A stretch of 63,711 bases of DNA, filler included, from Candidatus Babelota bacterium (lineage in GTDB: Bacteria > JAGOBX01), in the NCBI GenBank assembly GCA_017999075.1. It is 9 parts of 9 records of this genome, joined end to end, with 100 filler letters (N's around TTAATTAATTAA, not from the genome) between each part and the next. Parts side by side here need not be neighbours in the genome. Positions count along the whole stretch, not along the records: positions 28,539 to 35,548 come from JAGOBX010000184.1; positions 35,649 to 42,628 come from JAGOBX010000185.1; 7 more parts are not named here. One strand, written 5' to 3'. Made by a program: the position numbers and the translations under genes. Each line of letters begins with the position of its first letter. Positions within the stretch are counted from its first letter, which is position 1. The notes under the pieces are model-generated. The model had not been told where the DNA came from and ran no database searches. It saw nothing but the letters and a program-made list of their open reading frames with translations. Shown here one piece after another: positions 31,022-41,500 of the stretch.

Positions 31022-31042
31022 AGTATTAGGAAGGAATGTATT

Positions 31043-33436
31043 ATGCAAAAAGAAATATTGACTATTACAAACAATATTGCAGAAATTGAGAAAATTCATT
31101 CGTTTGTTCAAGTTTTCGGTAAAAATATAAACTTGTCTAATCGATGCATTAATTCTACAAATCTTGCCATTGAAGAAATCGTGTCCAATGTTATAACTTA
31201 TGGTTATACTGATTCTGAACAGCATATGATTACTATATCTTTATTTGAAGAAGAGGTTGATAAGAAAAAAAGAGTTAATATTGATCTGGAAGATGATGCG
31301 AAAAAATTTAATCCTTTTGATGTTGAATATAATCCCCCAAAGAATTTTACATTAGATCAGATTGAAGATATATCATTAGGAATTCATTTTATAAGAATTT
31401 TGGTTGATGGTTATAATTATGAATATAGATCTGGGAAAAATCATTTAAAGATATTTATTATTGATGAACCGAATAAAAAAACCATTACATCGGTTTTAAC
31501 AGAAACACGTGTTTTTCAGCCGCCTGCAGAATTACAGGCAACAGCAAGAATTAATTCTATAGAGAAATATAAGGAAATTTATGAATATTCAATAAAATAT
31601 CCTGAAAAATTCTGGGCGGAAAAAGCTGAAGAACTGCATTGGTTTAAAAAATGGGATAAAGTTTTAGAATCGGATTTTGCTGAAGGTAAACATAAATGGT
31701 TTATAAACGGTCGAATTAATATTACTGATAATTGTCTTGATAGATTTTTATCAACTTCTGTTAAAGATAAAACAGCGATATTATGGGAGGGAGATAACCC
31801 GGGTGAAACAAAAAAAATAACCTATTTTCAACTTCACAATGAAGTTTGCAGGTTTTCAAATGTTTTAAAAAAACATGGAGTAAAAAAAGGAGACAGAGTT
31901 ACAATATATTTGCCTATGATACCAGAACTTCCGGTAGTAATGCTTGCGTGTGCTAGAATCGGAGCAATTCACAGTATAGTATTCGGCGGATTCAGCGCTG
32001 AATCTCTTAAAGACAGGATGATTGACTGCGGTTCAAAAGTTTTAATTTGCGCTGACGGTTATTATCGCGCTGGAAAAGTTATAAAAAGTAAAGAGAATGC
32101 TGATAAAGCGGTTGAACATCTTGATTTTGTTAACACTGTTATAGTTGTAAGAAGAACCTGTCAAAAAATAAATTTGAAATCAGGACGTGATTTTTTGTAT
32201 GATGAAGAAATGAATTCAAATGATATAACTGACACGTGCGAACCTGAAGTAATGGAATCAAGTGATCCATTATTTATTTTATACACAAGCAGCAGCACCG
32301 GAAAACCCAAAGGAGTTATGCATTGTCATGCGGGATATCTGTTATATGTAAATCAGACATTTAAAAATGTGTTTGATATAAAAGATAATGATATATATTG
32401 GTGTACGGCTGATATCGGTTGGATTACAGGGCATAGTTATATAATTTATGGTCCTTTATCTAATGCTGCAACAATAGTTATGTATGAAGGAGCTCCGAAT
32501 TATCCTAACCCTGGCAGGTTTTGGGATATAGTCGAAAAATACAGAGTTACAATATTTTATACTGCTCCTACAGCCATACGGGCTTTAATGAAAGAAGGCG
32601 ACGAGTGGCCTCGAAAATATGATTTGAATTCTCTGCGTCTTCTTGGAACAGTAGGTGAGCCTATAAATCCTGAAGCTTGGATGTGGTATTATGAAGTTAT
32701 AGGAAAAGGTAAATGTCCTGTTATAGATACCTGGTGGCAGACAGAAACTGGGGGTATTCTGATAGCTCCTCTTCCAGGAGCTGTTTCTGTGAAACCTGGT
32801 TCAGCCACTTTACCTATGTTCGGAATAAAACCTGAAGTTATAAAAGAAAATATGTCTAAAGCTGCTGTAAATGAAGGAGGCTGGCTTGTTATAAGGCACC
32901 CGTGGCCAGGATTGATGGCTGGAGTTTATGGCGATGAAGAACGGTTCAAGAAAACTTATTTTTCGCAGTTTTATGGAGTATATACAACAGGAGACAGTGC
33001 TCGAACGGATGAAGACGGATATTTCTGGTTAATGGGAAGAATAGATGATGTTATAAATGTATCAGGACACAGGCTTGGAACAGCGGAAATAGAAAGCGCT
33101 TTTGTATCTCATCATGCAGTTGCAGAATCCGCTGTAGTAGGAATACAACACGATATTAAGGGACAGGGGATATATGCTTTTATAATTTTGAAATCCGGTG
33201 TTGAAAAAAATAATGAACTTATGATTGAACTTAAAAACCATATTCGCTCGCAGATAGGTCCTATAGCTACTCCAGATAAAATTCAGTTTACAGAAGGATT
33301 ACCTAAAACAAGATCAGGAAAAATTATGCGCCGGATATTAACTAAAATAGCATCAGGAGATGTTTCTAATTTAGGAGACACAACTACTCTTACAGATCCG
33401 TCTGTAATTGAAGAATTGATAAAAAACAGGATATAA
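31043..33436 (+). CDS. acs: Acetyl-CoA synthetase (AMP-forming) with an N-terminal RsbW-like HATPase domain
   Basis: N-terminus 'LAIEEIVSNVITYGY...EDDAKKFNPF...LGIHFIR'; Acs motifs 'HSIVFGGFS', 'YTSSSTGKPKG', 'WCTADIGWITGH', 'DTWWQTETG', 'PKTRSGKIMRR'. ATG at 31043 follows a purine-rich RBS. Confidence 0.93.
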   Translation: MQKEILTITNNIAEIEKIHSFVQVFGKNINLSNRCINSTNLAIEEIVSNVITYGYTDSEQHMITISLFEEEVDKKKRVNIDLEDDAKKFNPFDVEYNPPKNFTLDQIEDISLGIHFIRILVDGYNYEYRSGKNHLKIFIIDEPNKKTITSVLTETRVFQPPAELQATARINSIEKYKEIYEYSIKYPEKFWAEKAEELHWFKKWDKVLESDFAEGKHKWFINGRINITDNCLDRFLSTSVKDKTAILWEGDNPGETKKITYFQLHNEVCRFSNVLKKHGVKKGDRVTIYLPMIPELPVVMLACARIGAIHSIVFGGFSAESLKDRMIDCGSKVLICADGYYRAGKVIKSKENADKAVEHLDFVNTVIVVRRTCQKINLKSGRDFLYDEEMNSNDITDTCEPEVMESSDPLFILYTSSSTGKPKGVMHCHAGYLLYVNQTFKNVFDIKDNDIYWCTADIGWITGHSYIIYGPLSNAATIVMYEGAPNYPNPGRFWDIVEKYRVTIFYTAPTAIRALMKEGDEWPRKYDLNSLRLLGTVGEPINPEAWMWYYEVIGKGKCPVIDTWWQTETGGILIAPLPGAVSVKPGSATLPMFGIKPEVIKENMSKAAVNEGGWLVIRHPWPGLMAGVYGDEERFKKTYFSQFYGVYTTGDSARTDEDGYFWLMGRIDDVINVSGHRLGTAEIESAFVSHHAVAESAVVGIQHDIKGQGIYAFIILKSGVEKNNELMIELKNHIRSQIGPIATPDKIQFTEGLPKTRSGKIMRRILTKIASGDVSNLGDTTTLTDPSVIEELIKNRI

Positions 33437-33478
33437 ATTTATGGATAAAAATATCAACTTCAAAAAACATTAAAAAAT

Positions 33479-34960
33479 ATGAAAACAATATATCTGTCAA
33501 ACGAGGAACGCGAGATTTTTTCTATGATATCTGAAGCAGTGTTTGCCAATCCATTCAGCGATGAAAGATTGGAGATTGACAGAAAAATTTCAAAATCAGA
33601 TTATTGTTTGACGCGCGATCAGATTTTTGAACGGCTGACCCGCACTGTTGAACATTATACAATAAAACTAAATAATGAGAACAGGGCAAATATTAAATAT
33701 TATACAGATAGAGATAAATCTGTAATAACCAGTTTTTTACTATTTGAAATATTTCATAAGTATATTGACAGATTTGATAAACTGATTTTAAAACAAATGG
33801 AATCAGGCGATAAATCCTGTCACGTAAACTTTACAAATGAAATAATTAAAGTTTTTAACGATTATGGTTTTTCAGAAGATGAGTCTTTACATTATACCGC
33901 GCTATTTTATCAATTGAGACGGGCGTATTATTTTATTACTTCTCTGCTGATAGGGAAAAGCAAATGCATGAAACAATTGCGTATGCATTTATGGCAGAAT
34001 ATTTTTTCTTATAACCTGTCATGGTATGATATTCATTTAAATGCGAGAATGGAAGATTTTTCAACTTTGCTTATAGGAGAAACAGGTACAGGTAAAGGTT
34101 CTGCGGCATTTGCAGCAGGCTGTTCAGGATTTATTCCTTTTGACAAAACAAAACAATGTTTTATAGAAAGTTTTACCAGGGCGTTTATATCAATAAATCT
34201 TTCGCAATTTTCAGAAACATTAATAGAATCAGAATTATTCGGTCATAAAAAAGGAGCATTTACAGGAGCTATAGATTCTCATCAGGGAGTTCTTGCGAGA
34301 TCAAGTAAATGCGGTGCAGTATTTCTTGATGAAATAGGAGATGCAAGTATTCCTATTCAGATAAAGTTATTAAAAGTTTTACAAGAACGGATTTTTTCTC
34401 CTGTTGGAAGTCACGAACAATTGCGTTTTAACGGAAGAGTTATAGCTGCAACAAATCATACATTACGAGAATTACGGAAAAATAAAGGGTTCCGCGAAGA
34501 TTTTTATTACCGTTTGTGTTCTGATATAATTGAATTGCCTCCGCTTAGAGAACGAATAAAAGAAGAACCTGAAGAACTTAACGAATTGATTGAACATATA
34601 TTAAAACGAATGACAGGCAAAAAAGAAGCGCCGAAAGAATTATTAGAGTTTGTAGAAAAATCAATTTTTGAAAAATTGGGAAATGATTATCATTGGTCCG
34701 GTAATGTTCGGGAACTGGAACAGTGTGTACGTAGAATTTTACTTAAAGGAAAATATGATGGAGATATTCCGAAACCTGCTGAAAAATCAGGTTTTTTACA
34801 ATCTGTAGAAACTGGGTCTTTAAACGTTGAACAACTAATATCAGGTTACATAGAAATAAGTTTAAAAAAATATAAAACTGTTTCAGAATGCGCTGAAAAA
34901 CTTGGAATTGACAGGAGGACAGTAAAAAAATATAGTAATTTAATCCCTAAAATGCAGTAA
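33479..34960 (+). CDS. Sigma-54-dependent enhancer-binding protein (AAA+ with C-terminal HTH, unknown N-terminal domain)
   Basis: 'GETGTGK', 'ESELFGHKKGAFTGA', 'FLDEIGD', 'FREDFYYRL', 'WSGNVREL', HTH 'AEKLGIDRRTV'. Confidence 0.93.
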   Translation: MKTIYLSNEEREIFSMISEAVFANPFSDERLEIDRKISKSDYCLTRDQIFERLTRTVEHYTIKLNNENRANIKYYTDRDKSVITSFLLFEIFHKYIDRFDKLILKQMESGDKSCHVNFTNEIIKVFNDYGFSEDESLHYTALFYQLRRAYYFITSLLIGKSKCMKQLRMHLWQNIFSYNLSWYDIHLNARMEDFSTLLIGETGTGKGSAAFAAGCSGFIPFDKTKQCFIESFTRAFISINLSQFSETLIESELFGHKKGAFTGAIDSHQGVLARSSKCGAVFLDEIGDASIPIQIKLLKVLQERIFSPVGSHEQLRFNGRVIAATNHTLRELRKNKGFREDFYYRLCSDIIELPPLRERIKEEPEELNELIEHILKRMTGKKEAPKELLEFVEKSIFEKLGNDYHWSGNVRELEQCVRRILLKGKYDGDIPKPAEKSGFLQSVETGSLNVEQLISGYIEISLKKYKTVSECAEKLGIDRRTVKKYSNLIPKMQ

Positions 34961-35003
34961 GATATTGACGGATTGATTATGCTGCTTAAAAAGTTTATAA
35001 TTT

Positions 35004-35483
35004 TTACAACCAGTCATTCTGGCGTAACTTTTCAACTTTCGCAATCATAGCTTCTCCGGTAAATGTGTTGAAAATAATTTTTCTGCCGAGTTCTCCTCCA
35101 GTATCACGTGATATAATTTTAATTTTATATTTGTTAATCATTTTTTCCGCAATTTCAATATTGGCTTCTCCGACATTATTTGAAAAATACGGATTTGATG
35201 CTCCACCGAAAATTTGCGCTTTTAGGTTTTCAACTTTTGAACCATTTGATAATAAAATATAGACAAGCTGATATATTGCAGGTATTCCGTAAAGAGCGGT
35301 AGATTCATCATGGGTTGGAGGAACAGGTAGTTTATAATGATTCATACCTCCGAATTTACAAGAAGAATCGTATAACGCTACTGATATACAAGAGCCGAGA
35401 ACAGTAGAAATCAAAGCCGGTTCTTTGCTGAAAAAAATATATCCGGGCTGCAGCATATAATTGTATGATTCAATGTTATTCAT
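35004..35483 (-). CDS. cheD: Chemoreceptor glutamine deamidase CheD
   Basis: 'ISTVLGSCISV', 'GGMNHY', 'AQIFGGA', 'DTGGELGRKIIF'. Confidence 0.94.
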   Translation of the reverse strand: MNNIESYNYMLQPGYIFFSKEPALISTVLGSCISVALYDSSCKFGGMNHYKLPVPPTHDESTALYGIPAIYQLVYILLSNGSKVENLKAQIFGGASNPYFSNNVGEANIEIAEKMINKYKIKIISRDTGGELGRKIIFNTFTGEAMIAKVEKLRQNDWL

Positions 35484-35548
35484 ATTATTTGTTTGAGTTC
35501 TTATTTATTATGTATAAAAAAGTTTTAAATTATTTTTAGAATTATAAA

Positions 35549-35648
35549 NNNNNNNNNNNNNNNNNNNNNNNNNNNNNNNNNNNNNNNNNNNNTTAATTAA
35601 TTAANNNNNNNNNNNNNNNNNNNNNNNNNNNNNNNNNNNNNNNNNNNN
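35549..35648. other. Artificial contig linker
   Basis: N44-TTAATTAATTAA-N44. Confidence 0.98.
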
Positions 35649-36417
35649 AACCAAGAGAATGTTTCCACAATCCGCCAGGAGCCAATCCGTATTGTGGCAG
35701 ATTTTTTTGAAAAATTTCACCGGTACCAGCAGCAAATGCAATTGATTTGACTGTTTTATATCCTAAAGTTACTACTGCATCTTTAATCAAAACAATTTCT
35801 CGCTGTAAATTATAAAATGATGAATTAGCCATTCTTAACATTTTTGCAGTTAATGTCTGGTCTTTATTAACAATATTTTCAAAATCTGAAGCAGAAGAAT
35901 TTCTATCGCTTGCTATCTGTATTACTTTTTGCACTATTAATGGAAAAGCAGGCAGATTGTCAAGTTCTGCAAGTATGAGTTTTCTGCGTTTTTCATCGGC
36001 TACAACATTCAAACTTCCTGCGCTTGCTGTGCGTAATCCTGCAGCCTGACTGCTTTCAGGAGTCATTAAACTTTTTAATTTTTGGGCTAAAACACTGACT
36101 AAATAAGGTTTTATTAAAAAATCTTTTACTCCGAGTTTAATACAGCTTACTATTTCATTTCTGCTTTCAGGGGTAGTTAGAATTATTATAGGAACATTTT
36201 TGAAAACGTCTTTTTCTTTTAATTTATTGATTAATTGAATTATGTTGATTTGTTTATACTGATGGTCAAGAATTAAGGCTTCCGGGATATTTTTTGCCAT
36301 TTCTGCAATAAAATCATTTAGTTGTTTATAGACTTCTATTTGAAATTTAATTTCCAATCCGCTAAGGATTTTATCAATTTCTACAGGGTCGTCACTTAAT
36401 AGAAATACTCTTGACAT
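35649..36417 (-). CDS. Response-regulator receiver plus HDOD domain protein (3' truncated)
   Basis: REC 'LILD...PIIILT...GVKDFLIKP'; HDOD 'LPAFPLIV...DQTLTAKMLRMANSSFY...AVVTLG...LWKHS'. Confidence 0.9.
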
Positions 36418-36478
36418 AAAAAAAACTCCACCACATCCAAAATCAGTTCATATTAAGAAATAAGTATACTTAAAAAAA

Positions 36479-38485
36479 TTATTTAGTCAACATTTTTTTT
36501 ATTTTATTTTCGATATTTGATGCTGTAAATCCGAATTTTTCAGCAAGGATTTCAGCAGGAGCGCTTGCTCCAAATCGGTCAATTCCAATAATGTTGTTTT
36601 TGTCAAAAACAAATTTTTCCCAGCCTGAACTTACTCCGCATTCAACCGAGATTCTGTTTTTACATGAAGACGGAAGAACCCGTTCTTTATAATCTTCAGA
36701 TTGTTCTTCAAACAGTTCAAAACAAGACATACTTACTACTCTGACGCTGAATCCTTGTGATTCAAGGGATTCTGCTGCTGTAATAGAAATTGAAACTTCT
36801 GAACCTGTAGCAATTATTATAGCGTCAAGTTTTTCAATATTTTTTTCCGGTTTTAACACATATCCTCCTTTTCCTACTTGAGAAGGCTGATATTTTTGTC
36901 TGTTTATGACAGGTAAATTTTGTCTGCTGAGTAAAATCATTGACGGTCGCTTTTTTTCTTTCAGTATTTGAACCCATGCGTCTGCTGTTTCAATAGCATC
37001 TGCAGGTCTGAACACGAGAAGGTTAGGTATTAATCTGCAAGCCATAGTCTGTTCTATAGGCTGATGAGTAGGTCCGTCTTCACCTACAAATATTGAATCG
37101 TGAGTCATTATGAATATAACCTGTATTCCCATCAATGCGGCTAATCTTATTGAGGGTCTGCAATAATCTGTAAAAACATGAAAAGTAGAACCGTAAGAAA
37201 CAAATCCTCCGTATAAAGCTATGCCGTTTATAATTCCAGCCATAGCATGTTCTCTAATTCCGAAGTTCATGTTTCTTCCGGAAAAATCATTTTTTTGAAT
37301 TGCTGAAAATTTATCTAAATAAGTTTTAGTTGAAGGAGATAGGTCTGCAGAACCTCCCACTAAAGGCGCATATTTGTCAGCGATATAATTCATTATTTTA
37401 CCGCCTGCAACCCTTGTTGCCACGGATTTATCAGCAGGGAACAATTTAAACAATTCGTCTTTAATATTTTCCGGAAGACCTGCATTGAATAAAGAATCAA
37501 ATGTAGATTTAAATTCAATGTTCGCCATATAAAATTCATCGAAAGATTTTTGCCAGTTTTTGTATATTTTTTTTAATTGCTTAGCTCGTTTATTAAAAAC
37601 TTCTCTTACTTCGGACGGTATACAGAAAGATTGAGACGGATCGCATTTCATGCTTTCTTTCATCAATTTTATTTCATCAGCGCCGAGAGGAGAACCGTGA
37701 ACATCATGAGAATTATTTTTATTCGGAGCTCCGTAACCTATTATTGTTTTGGATATTATTAAAGTCGGCTGATTTTGAGATTTTAAAGCTTTTTTTATTG
37801 TTTTGTCAATTTCTTCAATGTTATTTCCATTCATTGACAAGACATTCCAATTATATGATTTATAACGTTTTTCAACATCTTCAGTAAAAGTAATATCTGT
37901 TCTGCCTTCAATAGTTATGTTGTTATCGTCATAAAAAACTATCAGATTATTGAGACCGAGATGCCCTGCGTAAGATGCGGCTTCTGAAGTAATTCCTTCC
38001 ATCATACAACCGTCTCCGGCAATAACATAAATTTTATGATTTATTATTTCTTTGCCGAATTTATTAAGTCTGGCTTCCATCATTTTTTCCGCTATAGCCA
38101 TACCTACTGCATTAGTAAAACCCTGACCAAGAGGTCCTGTAGTGGTTTCAACTCCTTCAGTATGATTATATTCAGGATGTCCGGGTGTTTTGCTGCCCCA
38201 TTGTCTGAAATTTTTCAGTTCTTCCAGCGATAAAGAGTAACCGGATAAATGCAATAAAGAATAAAGCAGCATTGAACCATGACCTGCCGATAAGACAAAT
38301 CTGTCGCGATTAAGCCATTTCGGAGTTTCAGGATTATGTGTTAGAAACCGTGACCATAAAACATACGCATAATCTGCGGCACCAAGCGGTAATCCAGGAT
38401 GACCAGAGTTTGCTTTCTGAATGCCGTCTGCTGCAAGCAGTCTAATTGTATTTGCACAAAGTTTATCTAATTCAATATCAGCCAT
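36479..38485 (-). CDS. tkt: Transketolase
   Basis: 'SGHPGLPLG', 'RDRFVLSAGHGSMLLY', 'TTGPLGQG', 'GDGCMMEG', 'GEDGPTHQP'. Confidence 0.98.
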   Translation of the reverse strand: MADIELDKLCANTIRLLAADGIQKANSGHPGLPLGAADYAYVLWSRFLTHNPETPKWLNRDRFVLSAGHGSMLLYSLLHLSGYSLSLEELKNFRQWGSKTPGHPEYNHTEGVETTTGPLGQGFTNAVGMAIAEKMMEARLNKFGKEIINHKIYVIAGDGCMMEGITSEAASYAGHLGLNNLIVFYDDNNITIEGRTDITFTEDVEKRYKSYNWNVLSMNGNNIEEIDKTIKKALKSQNQPTLIISKTIIGYGAPNKNNSHDVHGSPLGADEIKLMKESMKCDPSQSFCIPSEVREVFNKRAKQLKKIYKNWQKSFDEFYMANIEFKSTFDSLFNAGLPENIKDELFKLFPADKSVATRVAGGKIMNYIADKYAPLVGGSADLSPSTKTYLDKFSAIQKNDFSGRNMNFGIREHAMAGIINGIALYGGFVSYGSTFHVFTDYCRPSIRLAALMGIQVIFIMTHDSIFVGEDGPTHQPIEQTMACRLIPNLLVFRPADAIETADAWVQILKEKKRPSMILLSRQNLPVINRQKYQPSQVGKGGYVLKPEKNIEKLDAIIIATGSEVSISITAAESLESQGFSVRVVSMSCFELFEEQSEDYKERVLPSSCKNRISVECGVSSGWEKFVFDKNNIIGIDRFGASAPAEILAEKFGFTASNIENKIKKMLTK

Positions 38486-38594
38486 TATATTAGTACCTCT
38501 GTTAATATTATAAAAAAAATAAAATTAGTGAAAATAATACAAAGTATATCTCAAAAAATCAAGTAAATTATTTAAATTTAGTTATTATCAGTTA

Positions 38595-41500
38595 TTATTT
38601 TGAATAATTTTTTTTAAGATGAGTTTTTTCTTCACCGCTGATTTTATTGTCGCCATTAATATCATAAACAGTCCCAGATTGGCCAAAATATTTTTTTATA
38701 AGAGCCGCATCTTTGATATTTATTTTTCCGTCAAAGTAAAAATCTCCGGCATTCAGAATAACAACAGTTCCAAGATTAATATTTTCCGAAATAAAAATTT
38801 GAGTATCATAGGAAGTATAATTTAATTTTTTAAAGTTTATGACAAAAGTATCTTGAGATAAAACTCTTAGAGTGAATTCTCCTGTTTCATTTGTTACAGC
38901 AGTAAAAATAAATGAATCATTGCTTATGGAAACCAATGTTCCGGAATCAGTAGGTGCCCCGTCTAATTCGATAGAACCTGAAATGATTATTCCTGGAGTT
39001 ACAATGATATATTTTGTGTCTGTTTGATTGAATCTGTCAGTAATTGTAACTGTAACAGTTTCAGAATAAAGATATATTGCTGCTGTTCCTGACCAGGATC
39101 CGGAACTGATTATTAACTTATCGTTTAAAACTCCGTTAACATATATAGATAAAGTGTCGCCGTTTCTGGCATTAGCTATAGTTCCGGAAATTGATATATA
39201 GCCTGATGCAGTAGTATCATATTGAATGCCGCTGATAACAGGATATGTAATATAAACTGATGGTACGCTGTAATAATTAACGATTATGTATTTTGTATCG
39301 ACATTAGTGTCTGATAAATGCGAGACTGCTGCCACAGTAATTGTGTTTACCGAATCAGTTAGCTGAATCAATGTGTCAAAATTTGCATTTGAAGAAAAAA
39401 TTGAAGAATCTGTAATCAGAACTCCATTCAGATAAATTTTTATTGTATCTCCTGAATTTGTTGACAATGTTGTTCCGGTAATTCTTATAACAGAAGAAAT
39501 CGTATCAATATTATTTTCTGGAGATGAGATTGAACATTCTATAGCGCCTGTTATTGAAACTGTGCGTGAAGCTGATATCTGGCTTGCCGGAAATGAATCA
39601 CCGAACAATGTTTTACAGCTCAAGGGTTCGAATATAAGATTGAAAGTATCATTTGGAGCAGCATTTCCGTTTATGTCAATTGATATTATAAACGATGAAT
39701 TTGAGATTGTCCTATTTAAATTTGTACAAGAATAAATGTTTGAACCTGTGTATGCAAATGTATCAATAAAAGTGTCTATACCGGTATTTAATGAAGAATC
39801 CCCATTGTCAAACCATAATTTCATTGAAGAAATTTTTGTTGAATCAAGTGTAGAACTTGTATTTTTTATTGAAATGGTTGTTAAACTGTCTCCTGATTGT
39901 ATTCCTAAAATTGTTCCGATAAAAACCGGAATATTGGAAGTGTTTTTAAAATAACCTGCATTTGTTAAATTGTATTGAGACAAATAAACTGCATTACTGC
40001 ATGTTGAAATATTCAAGTTAGTGATTGATGGATTGACTGTATCGCCAAACGCGGTTTTCAATGTATTTAATTTGAATTGAGCAGTGTCTCCTGTAGATAT
40101 TGAAGACGATGCTTTTCCAGTAATCAATATATAATTAGGTCCGCTGAGTAATCCGAAATTCAGAGAATTTGAATCCCATGAAGTTCCCGACCAGAACAAT
40201 TCTCCCATAAACAAGTCAGAAGTGTCAAATCCGTTGGAGTTTGAATCGCTGTAAAGTTTGATGTTTGAGAAGTCAGTGTTGTTTGCACCGCCATTATTTG
40301 AAACAGAGATAAAAGTTAATGAATCGTTGTAAGGATTAGGGTAAATAGTAAACTTTAAAAGTTCAATATTATCAAGATTTTTATATACAACATATGTGTT
40401 AGCTTCAGAAGTTTTTGAAATAGAAATTGTATTTGAACAATATTGAAAAAAAGGATTTGTTAAAATTGAAGAAGGAGCAGGTAAAAGATTCCTTGAATCT
40501 ATTCCATTTACAGGTATTTTAGCTTGGAATGAATCATTTGTAACAGAATATTGGTTTGCTGAAATAGTAACAATAAAACTTGAAGATGAAGCAGATAATG
40601 GAATATTTAAAGAATTTGAATACCATTGTTTTGAAGATTGCCAGGTTAATTGTCCTGCAAATCCGTCAGAAGAATCCCATATTCCTGATATTACACCTGT
40701 ATCATACCATAATTTTACCGAATTTATTTGATTACTATCCATATTTCCTGAATTGTTTAAAGTGAATGTATCAAGAATATCTCCGGAAGTTCCGGTAATG
40801 TTAACCGACATTACTGTAATGTTAGATTCATTGGTATAAAATGTATCAGAAACAACGTTGTAAAAAGTTTCAACTTCAACATTTGTAAGAGTTACAAGTG
40901 TATGAGGACCGGAAGTATCAACAGCAGATTCATTGCCTTGAGTGTCAACTGCGACAATAGCAAAATAATAATTTACATTTTCAAGCAAACTTTCCCCTAC
41001 ATTCCATGATGAAATAATACACGATGCGCCGCTTGTGGTTTTAACCATTACTTCAGGATACATCCACGGATCTTCATCTGCAGAACCGTCAGCATCATCG
41101 TCATTTGCCGAAATATCTGATAAATTGTCTGCTGAGCCTGAAGAAAAACCGTCTGCATTGCCTATAGGATCCTCGTCATAATATCCATCTGCGTCGTCAT
41201 CTACTCTGTCTCCTATTCTGTTTTTTGTTATTGGGAGTGTATCTACAAAAATATAATAACGGCTTATGTCAGTTGAAGTTGAAGGAGTCCAGGCCGCGCT
41301 GAATGTAGAAGCTCCTGGAGTTATAGAAAAGTTAGAAGGGGCATTAGGCGCTGTATTGTCGTAACCGTCAGAACTCGGGTCATTAGTGACTCCTGAGTTG
41401 GTCATAATGTGGTGATAGTGATTCATATAGCGTCTTGCGAGTCTGAAATCGTGAACTATTATATTTACTTCATCATTCGAACTTGAATCGTACATTGCCG

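Noticed and set aside
30953-31042. 30-aa N-terminal extension of the Acs fusion and the mirrored minus-strand ORF 30971-31225
   Set aside because: Both are translations through the palindrome; the ATG at 31043 with a purine-rich RBS is the better start.
35004-36417. cheD next to a REC-HDOD gene, suggesting a chemotaxis cluster
   Set aside because: The two genes are on different contigs separated by a linker, so the adjacency is accidental.
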